A stretch of DNA of 64,000 nt from Blastocladiella emersonii ATCC 22665. Taxonomy: Eukaryota > Fungi > Blastocladiomycota. Positions 56,449 to 64,000 of the stretch are shown piece by piece. The position numbers were made by a program, and so were the translations under genes. The stretch's first letter is position 1. Every line of letters begins with the position of its first letter. The stretch is from assembly GCA_025594325.1 (NCBI GenBank), contig JANHCV010000009.1:1178001-1242000 (forward strand), written 5' to 3'. A model generated the notes under the pieces. That model did no database searches and was not told where the DNA came from. It saw nothing but the letters and a program-made list of their open reading frames with translations.

Positions 56449-59404
56449 ATGGAAACCCACTGGGACTCGGCGCAATATGCGCCCATGTATCAGGGTCACC
56501 CGTCGGGCCCGTTGCCCGGGTGGCCCGGCCTCCACTGCACCGCCGCGCCTCCGCACCTGCAGCCTCAGCCTTACCCACACGATTACCCCCAAGCTTACTC
56601 TCATTCGGCAGCACCTGCTCCCGAGCACTCGTCGTCTGCTTCCGGTTCTGGCACAACATTGGATCTCGACTTGCTCCACTTCGCGCAGCAACGGCTCGTC
56701 GTCCCGACCCTTACTGCACTCGGCGACCTGAATACCGCAACTTGGCTCCGCGTGCTGGAGACAGATCTCTTCGCTCTCAACTTACCGCGCCGCCTTTGGC
56801 ACCTCGCCGCGTTTTGCTACGCCGACGGCGAATTTGCGCGTACTCTGCGGCTCCGAGCGCAGGAACAGTTTGACGCAGCCGGCGCAGCGGGTGATATGTG
56901 GCTGCTCGGTGTCCGACCCGCCATTCTCGAGCTTCGTCAGTACGCATCCTCCGACCCAAAGCCAAGTCCGGCGGTGGCGGTGGTGACCGCGACCGCGTTT
57001 GGCGATTATGCGTCGAACGGGTACTCGATGTGGCCCACCCCGCTTCAGCACCAGCAGCAGCCAGCAGCTGTCGTGAACGAGTGCGAGCCAGCGCATTCCA
57101 CATCGGCGGTTGTTTCGCAGCTGGATGGCTCGTTCTCAAACCGGGGCTCATCGGTTGCCTTGGACCCCGAGCCTTTGCCCGCTTCAGCACTCGACTTTTC
57201 GTTCGCTTCGACAGCTGAGGCCGCTCCCGAACTTGACCTTGCGTCGATGACCAGTAGCGCCGACGGTAGCGGCTCCACTTCTTTCCCTATCGATCAAGTC
57301 GCATCGGACACAACGCCTTCTGACGATTTCGCTCCCGAGTCGGACGATGACAACTTGACTTCCGCCTACTCGTTGTCCAGTTCCGAGTTCGATCCCGTCG
57401 CGACAGTTGATTCTGAGCCGACCCACGCTGGCGAAATCATCACCGCCGCCGGTCCAGTCTCCAAGGCAGGCTTGCCTCGCTCACCGAGCCCGCTAGCGCG
57501 TTGGCCCACCCCTCCGCCGCTTTCGGACTCGCCTGTACTCCCGACTAGCTCACCGAGCCCGCTTGAACGCCCGAAGTCGCCGGTGCGGTCCACACTTTCG
57601 GACGACAAGGATTCAGCTTCATTGTACGGCGGCGGTGATTCTCTGGTCGACGGCGCTGCTTCAATCGGCGGCGACAATGACGCTTCATTCCACGGCGACG
57701 GTACTGCTTCGGCTCTCGGCGACGATTCCGCTTCTTTCCACGGCGACGACCTTGCATCGTCTGACGACACTGCTTCTTTCGCGTCTGCCTCGGACTCGTC
57801 AAGCTGGCGTCGCAGCTCATTCGCGAGCGTTGACGAGGTGAGCGCGGTCCCCGTTCCCGCCGCTATCGACACCGTTGCGGATGACCAGTGTGCTCGAGCG
57901 CGATTTGGAGGCTTCGTCCGACTCGGGTCCATTGCCTCTCTCAACGGACGCGACTGATGATACTTTGCAGTCCAAGGAACCTGTCGAAGTCGCGGCGAGC
58001 GCTTCCGCCGATCCAGAGCCTCATTTCGATCTGCTGCGCGACCTCGACGAGCACGGTCTTCCATCGTTCCACCTGATTCCCGCGCCGTGCGGCATGAATG
58101 CTGGTCCGCCGTGGTTTAGTCCACGAATTATCGACATGCCTGGTGTGGTTCCTGGCGTTCCGGTCGTCCGCATTCACCTTGTGCTGGCCACGTCGATTCC
58201 ATTTCACTACTCAGGGCCTGGCCTCTGGGACTTTGACTCAAACAGGATTCCGGCGCACTGCGTCGCTGCCTTTCTACCGGACACGACGTGGGGCTCAGCG
58301 AAGGCTGCCCTCGAGTCTACCGTTGTTGGGTCGTGCATTTTGAACCAGAATCCTGCCTACTGGCGCCTCCCGGGCAACGTTGCGGGCATTGACGCGCGCG
58401 CTTCGATCAACGGGCTTCTCTCGGATCCAGACCCCACGCTTGCGGAGCTCGTTGCTGCAAGCAACCCGAGCAGCAGCGAGAAGAGGCTTTCGCCGGCCAA
58501 AAAGAAGGGCAAGAAGGGTAAACGTGCTGCGGTGTTGACAGCTGCAAGCACGGCCGTGCCTGACGACAACGTAGACCTTGCCTCTGTCGCCGCTGCCCCC
58601 GCGCCCGCAGTGCTCCGAGTCTTGTGTGTTCCACTTGGTAGCGCCTACAAACCGGCGCCATCTGCTCCCAAGGGCGTACCCCTGCCCATCCCACGACACA
58701 TCATCCAGGGGTTCTTGATCGACCTGCAACTCATCTTTATCAAGCTTTACATGGCTCCCGCCGGATCGCGCATGTACTGCCCGTACTGGGTTACGCCAAC
58801 TGAATCTATCTCTACTCTGGTCAGCGCCTGGGCGACCAAGTCCACGTTCTTTGGTACTATCTTCGCCCAGCCGATCGCCTTTTACGAGGAGCGACCAGGC
58901 GAAGCCCCGCGCCGCCTCAGTCCGCGCTTTTCCTTGAAGAGGTTGGGTGTCCCATTTGGTGCCGTGATCGTCATCGAGTACGCGCCTGCAACGAGCAGCG
59001 ATGCCATGTACCGGTCCATGTCGCCAGAGGCAGCAAAGAACCTCATCACCAGGACGCGATCGGATGTGATGCAGGTGTCGAGCCTTTTCCCGACCATGCG
59101 CACTCTCGCAAAGCTTTTGGCGGATTATGACCGCGTGTGGCGCGCCGTAGATACGGCTATGTGCGTCTACTCGATCTCGATCGCGCTCATTCCGGATACT
59201 CGGCGGGATTTGCGCCACAACTACTGCATGGTCGCGCTCAGACGCGTCGCGCCGCTGACGTTTCTCGATTGGGTCAGCGCGTAGACGACTGGCGCGTGGA
59301 ACCGCGAGTTTGACTGGCTGTGCGATCCCGACGCGCCCGCGTTTACAAAGGAGGGACTCAATGAAGTGGATCCTCGCGAAATTCAGGACGAGTGCGAGGA
59401 GTAG
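56449..59404 (+). pseudogene. Family A paralog 8; frame break near 57900 and TAG at 59282
   Basis: ORFs 56374-57957 and 57875-59284; homology continues past the TAG (paralogs have Trp) to TAG 59402. Confidence 0.7.
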
Positions 59405-59910
59405 CGACGAATATATTTGACCCTTTGTAGCCGTACGCGCTGTTTCCCGCGCGAATGAGCTCAGCTCAAGCTAACGCTCAGCTTTGTCAGCCGACGCTTT
59501 AGGCGATAGGTCGCGATTGTGTGGCCAATGGGCAAGCAGAGGACACAAACGGCAGCTGGTCGAGCTCGAGGCAGGCGTGTGTCTAGTCGAGAGATTCTAA
59601 AGTGAGAAGTTGTCGCGACGAGAGTGACAACGAGAAGCGGTCGCGAAAGGGCGAAGCGGACAAGGGCGAAGGCCACGCGTCGCTGCTGGCAGGGCGCATC
59701 GACCCTTACGAACAAATTCGAGCACCTTGACCGCGCCAATGAGAGATTCATGAGTGGCAATCTACATAGACTCGGAGCATGGGAAGACCTCTATGCGTAA
59801 ACGAAGCCTGAGTGCGAAAAGTCGCATGACGGCGGCCGGCTCCCTGCAACTGCAGGATCGGCAGATAACATAATGCTCGCAATAACATTCTATCAGCTTT
59901 GCATTGAGTG

Positions 59911-59936
59911 TGAAGTATCCTTATAAGGATACTTCA
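59911..59936. other. Terminal 26-bp perfect palindrome TGAAGTATCCTTATAAGGATACTTCA
   Basis: Read directly from the sequence; self-complementary. Confidence 0.95.
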
Positions 59937-60262
59937 GAATAGGATTAAATGGCTATAGAGGTAGATGTGGTTAGGTCTATCCCTGGGGACGCCCGTCAGA
60001 AACATCCCCAGGGATGCGCGCGCGCCCGCAGCCACGAAGTGGCGGAGGGTCCTCACGTGATAAGTCGACGCGTCTCCAAGTGTCTCGCGGCCCACGTGAC
60101 GGTCATCTGATCCGCGACGCGTCTCGAAATGACTTTGCGATTATTCGATGAATTGAAATCCACGACGGGCATGGGCGATATTGGCAAACGTCTATGAATC
60201 CGTCGGCGCGGTGAGGAAATGGTGAGTCGGTTGGTGAGAGTATTGGTGAGGTCGGTGAGAGT

Positions 60263-60407
60263 GTGTCCCTGTGTCCCAGTGTCCCAGCGATTTTCACTTG
60301 TAGCTCGTATTTTGAACTGAAAACAGCATACTAACTAAGTATGTTAGTTATATTTTTCAAATTTATAAAAAAGAATATTTAGCTGGGACACTGGGACACT
60401 GGGACAC
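60263..60407. repeat. Inverted triplets of GTGTCCC/GGGACAC (8-bp period) flanking an AT-rich core
   Basis: GTGTCCC at 60263, 60271, 60279; GGGACAC at 60385, 60393, 60401. Confidence 0.85.
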
Positions 60408-60829
60408 AAGTAGGTTGATAGAGTAGACGGCCATTTGGTAGTGGGTTTCAGTCGTCATAGTCCATGCCATCTGAGAAGCGGGCGCGGCGGATTTCCAGTC
60501 ACTGGGCGATCCAGCTGTGGGGCAGGAAGTTGTGAGTATGACGCAGTTTTTAGGGCCTCCACAAAGGAAGCTAATGGCTTACCCTGGGTGTGAGTTTGTG
60601 AGTACAGGAATCGGAACTTTTCCACCCCGCCCATAATTCGGAGACTTTTTGTCACTGACATATGTATGTTACTTTTTTCTTCCAAATATATATCACTGAA
60701 TACCTCTAAATATCATACTCACATACTCACAAGACAAAAAACAAAGTAAAAACACTCAGGGTAACGTAAAAGTAGTGCATTTTGTGAGTACGACCTCCAC
60801 ACTCACACACACTCACACACACTCACAAT

Positions 60830-63205
60830 CTACTCACAATCATTGCCGTCGTCCTCTCCAGTATTGAGTCTGTAGCTGTAGACCACACCAGTCACCACTG
60901 GCCGCTTGGTCCGGGCCGTCCGATTGTACTGGGTGCACCAGTCCTTGGCATGCTTGCCCATGCAGTGCTTGCAGAGGTTTATTGTGGCCTTGCCCAGTCC
61001 GCGCGCCTCCATCAGGGAGTCATTCCACTTGGTTTTGGGGTGCAGATCAAGTGCGCGGAGGAAATCAGTGTAAAGCATCGCCTGCTCCGGATCCGCCGTC
61101 ACAGTCAGCGGGCAGTCATCATCAATCAGTGCGCTCCCAATTGGATCGTTTGCCAGTTTAGCCATGACAGCGTTATCCTTGAATACCTGCGCCATCATGT
61201 CATCGCGGAATGTGAGCCCCTGGTTCTCCTCAAGGTGCTGCACAGTGAAGTGATACGCGTCCAGGGCAAACAGCAGAATGTTCAGCAAGTACTTGTCTCG
61301 GATCTGCGCCTGGAGGAACGTGTTCTCGCGTTCGGGCTTCTTTGTAAAGTTGATAAACATGAAACGCTTGGAAACTTCGTTGAAAACTTCGGTAATCTTG
61401 AGAACAAAGTTGGACGTTGGCAGCATATGCGCCTCAAAGGCATCAGTGACCTCGTCCCCGCCCTTTCGCGCGCTGGAAAGTCCCTGACCCTCGACCAGGT
61501 TCTTGGCCGTCTGGAAACCAAGTTTCTCGAAAAAGTCGGCATTTACATCTGTGAGCTCCCACGCGACCTTGTTCTTCGTATACGCGATCGTAAACTTGGT
61601 CACAGTTTCATCACTGGCCGTGGCCTGGAAGCGGTGCATCCCATGGATGTCCTGAACAAGCTTGATGGACAGGGACTTGCCCGTGCCCGACTCGCCATAG
61701 GTAAATGGCGTGATTGCCCAGTTGTCAAAGTATCCCACTGGGAACATGGTGCGGCCAAAGTACATCATCACGTACTGAATCTTGGCAAGCTCGTTGCTAC
61801 CAAACTGTAGATCAAGCACGTCCTGATAAGGGCCCAGGCTGAGCTCAGAGTACTTGTTCAGGTAATCGAAATCGAACTCGTTGTCAATGTACGTCCACAC
61901 CACTGGGTTCCCACTGCAAACGTGGTTTACAAACCACTCGTAGTTGTCCTCGATGTCCTGTAGAGAAATTGGCCCCCATTTACGGTTCTCATGCGTGCTA
62001 GTGAACAGAACCCCATTCTTGAACGCGATCAGGCTGCGGTTTTGTTTGTACTGGGGGATGTTCTTAGAACCCTGCGCCAATCGCTGTGTTACGTGGCGGC
62101 GGTACTTGCTTGCGTCCTGGTTGTAATAGTCGACAATTACGTCATCGAGAATGTAGGACACGTACTCATCCACTGTCATGTGGCGCTCAAAATAAAACGG
62201 GTTCTTTGCTGATGGCTTGTAAATGTACTCGCTGTCCTTGACATAGCCCAGGGTCTTGAACTCGTCCACGATAAACTCTGAGATCAACTGCGTTGGTGTC
62301 TTCTCCTCCTCCTCTTCCTCGGGCTCTGGAATGGCACAGGGCGCGACAATGGGTTTCTCGGCCCACATGATATCAAAACCCGTCTTTTCGAGCGTGTACG
62401 CACCGAGGTCGGCCATAAACTGCTCGTTGATCTGATCTGAGGCACGGACCATCATGCCGTCGTACATGAGAACCGCGACCTTGATGTCACGCGAGGCGCA
62501 AAAGTCCTTGGCGTGAAGAAGGAGCTTGCACTCGACACACTGATAGACGAACGAGAGGAATGAGCCCTGGCGATTGGGATGCTTTGGCGACGACATGGCC
62601 CACACATCCGGGTGCATCTCTTGAAACTTGGGAACCACGACGTTGTACAAAAACGCGTGGAACGCCTTGTACTCGGCGGGAAACTCCAACGGACACTTTT
62701 TGCTGAACGAGCCAGCGAAGAAATCGGTTTTGTTCATGCCCAGTCGATCAAGTACGCTGTTTCGGTTCTCAATGTACTCGTTGAGAAGAGGGTACTCGAG
62801 TCCATGGTGACGAGCCAGTTGGTGGATGATGGTTGGCGCACAGTTGTGCATGTCGATATCTTGGAGCACGCCCTCGAACAGGAACGCACGCGTTTCGCCG
62901 CAAATCTTTTGTAGCCCAGGAGTAGTAGGCGTGGTAGTAAGTCGGCCAGAGTTTGTCGTGTCTGAGAACTTGTAGATGGTCTCGACTTCACCGCGCTTAT
63001 TCATCTTGCGACGGATTGAGTTGACGATTTTCGTTTCCTTGGCCTGTTGCTTTGGGTCGGCACACGAACACTGGATCGCCTTGCTGTGTAGAGCTTCCAC
63101 GGCCTTGGGGTTCACTGGCGCCATGAGGCGGACGGCATAGAGCGGGTCAAGAATCTTTGAAAGGTCCTTGACAGTCTCGGTAATCTTTGAGGCGGCGGAA
63201 GACAT
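60830..63205 (-). CDS. TVpol fused to D5-like SF3 helicase (791 aa, intact)
   Basis: SGRL...GLQ, DIDMHNCAPTII, YQCVE, LMYDGMMV, and Walker A YGESGTGKS. The N-terminal half parallels 37109-39415. Confidence 0.85.
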   Translation of the reverse strand: MSSAASKITETVKDLSKILDPLYAVRLMAPVNPKAVEALHSKAIQCSCADPKQQAKETKIVNSIRRKMNKRGEVETIYKFSDTTNSGRLTTTPTTPGLQKICGETRAFLFEGVLQDIDMHNCAPTIIHQLARHHGLEYPLLNEYIENRNSVLDRLGMNKTDFFAGSFSKKCPLEFPAEYKAFHAFLYNVVVPKFQEMHPDVWAMSSPKHPNRQGSFLSFVYQCVECKLLLHAKDFCASRDIKVAVLMYDGMMVRASDQINEQFMADLGAYTLEKTGFDIMWAEKPIVAPCAIPEPEEEEEEKTPTQLISEFIVDEFKTLGYVKDSEYIYKPSAKNPFYFERHMTVDEYVSYILDDVIVDYYNQDASKYRRHVTQRLAQGSKNIPQYKQNRSLIAFKNGVLFTSTHENRKWGPISLQDIEDNYEWFVNHVCSGNPVVWTYIDNEFDFDYLNKYSELSLGPYQDVLDLQFGSNELAKIQYVMMYFGRTMFPVGYFDNWAITPFTYGESGTGKSLSIKLVQDIHGMHRFQATASDETVTKFTIAYTKNKVAWELTDVNADFFEKLGFQTAKNLVEGQGLSSARKGGDEVTDAFEAHMLPTSNFVLKITEVFNEVSKRFMFINFTKKPERENTFLQAQIRDKYLLNILLFALDAYHFTVQHLEENQGLTFRDDMMAQVFKDNAVMAKLANDPIGSALIDDDCPLTVTADPEQAMLYTDFLRALDLHPKTKWNDSLMEARGLGKATINLCKHCMGKHAKDWCTQYNRTARTKRPVVTGVVYSYRLNTGEDDGNDCE

Positions 63206-63324
63206 TTTGGGGATGTTCTTACTGTCCCACAAGAGGAAAAACCGGCTGCTTTTATGCGTCTGGCGCGTTTATCGATAACTCTTCAGAAATAGCTATCGAT
63301 ATGTCATTTGGATCGCGGGAACGT

Positions 63325-63780
63325 CTATTCCGCGTCGTCTTCCGCCGTCTCTGGCTTCTGTTTCTTTTCGAGTTTGCGCACAGATGCCTTTGCAATTGCC
63401 TTGAGCATCACATCGAGCTTTACTTTTTCCCATTCCGCGCGGATAATTTCCGCCTCGCACTCTGGAATGGAAAACTTGGCAAGAGTTCCTGCAATGTCCA
63501 CGTCCAGCTTTCGAACCTTTAACTTGCCCACGAGCTCGAGGAGTGTGTTTTCGCCCCAGGAAGTGAGCGGGCACTTGGAAAGCTTGCGATTCAAAGCGAG
63601 TTCGACGATCGCCACGCGGGCAGCGAGTGCGCGGACCTTCTCAAACGCGGCACCCGCCATCCCTGGGGATATCGTTGCGATGGCTTCGCTGTCAAGCTGC
63701 AGAACGAGTTCTGGATCGAATACAGTGTTGGGGATGTCAGTGACATGGCTCAGGAAGAATCCCATCAAGTGCGAGTCCAT
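63325..63780 (-). CDS. Hypothetical viral protein (151 aa)
   Basis: Clean ATG-started ORF (MDSHLMGFF), helical and charged C-terminus, directly upstream of the helicase gene. Confidence 0.6.
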   Translation of the reverse strand: MDSHLMGFFLSHVTDIPNTVFDPELVLQLDSEAIATISPGMAGAAFEKVRALAARVAIVELALNRKLSKCPLTSWGENTLLELVGKLKVRKLDVDIAGTLAKFSIPECEAEIIRAEWEKVKLDVMLKAIAKASVRKLEKKQKPETAEDDAE

Positions 63781-63875
63781 TAGCAACAGGCGCGAAAACT
63801 TTTAGCGATAACGCCAAACGTATAAAACGCGGACATCCCCGCGTACCTTTTTTGCCTGCTCTGTAGTAAAGCACA

Positions 63876-64000
63876 ATGGCGTCGTTCGAGCTTCTGGTCA
63901 AGGACATCCTCGCGCAAGCCACCAAGGAGTTTATGAACGCCCTCGAGCCCCGCCTCCAAGCCATCGAGGACAAGCAAGCGACGATTCTCAGCCACATGGC
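63876..64000 (+). CDS. 5' end of a divergent viral gene, possibly the PLV-2 tyrosine recombinase orthologue
   Basis: MASFELLVKDILAQATKEFMNALEPRLQAIEDKQATILSHMA is open to the window edge. It has the same position and orientation as the PLV-1 recombinase, a similar coiled-coil (LEPRLQAIED vs FDKRLKGVET), and a similar TTTTT-G...AGTAAA leader. Confidence 0.45.
   Translation, partial: MASFELLVKDILAQATKEFMNALEPRLQAIEDKQATILSHM

Larger units (their letters stand above)
59911..64000. mobile_element. Left part of a second Polinton-like virus (PLV-2), continuing beyond the window
   Basis: Starts with TG and a 26-bp palindrome of the same architecture as PLV-1. About 900 bp of repeat-rich non-coding DNA is followed by a minus-strand TVpol-SF3 helicase, the same layout as PLV-1. 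Lower GC than host. Confidence 0.8.

Noticed and set aside
1-64000. tRNA/rRNA genes
   Set aside because: No cloverleaf or rRNA-like conserved segments noticed by eye; a tRNAscan/Infernal run would be needed to exclude them.

Overview
GC-rich eukaryotic genomic DNA with short GT-AG introns. The RPC1 gene looks fungal, but the host identity is only an inference. The window has four layers. (1) One housekeeping gene, the RNA polymerase III largest subunit (21088-25332, minus, one 90-nt intron), plus a C2H2 zinc-finger gene and a hypothetical gene. (2) Two expanded, partly pseudogenised host families. Family A has 8 copies (a Gag/capsid-like N-terminal block, an acidic Ser/Pro linker and a USP7/Ubp15 UBL1-UBL2-like C-terminal block). 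Family B has 3 F-box-like copies plus a 5' stub. (3) A complete 14,786-bp endogenous Polinton-like virus (36304-51089) with ~730-bp TIRs, TG...CA ends and a 5-bp AGAGA target-site duplication. It splits a host LRR gene whose reading frame is restored when the element is removed. It encodes a TVpol-SF3 helicase, a tyrosine recombinase, an rve integrase, a fibre, a packaging ATPase, and major and minor capsid proteins, with no pPolB or protease seen. It carries a CpG-deamination pattern (CGA>TGA stops, catalytic D>N and E>K). (4) The left 4 kb of a second, divergent, apparently fresher element of the same type starts at 59911, and a decayed Helitron Rep/Pif1 remnant lies at ~54-56 kb. The most striking signal is that both viral elements begin with a perfect 26-bp palindrome, TG-NN-GTATCC-N6-GGATAC-NN-CA, with compensatory changes between them. 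This suggests hairpin-ended genomes integrated by rve and resolved by the tyrosine recombinase acting as a protelomerase; that model is a hypothesis.
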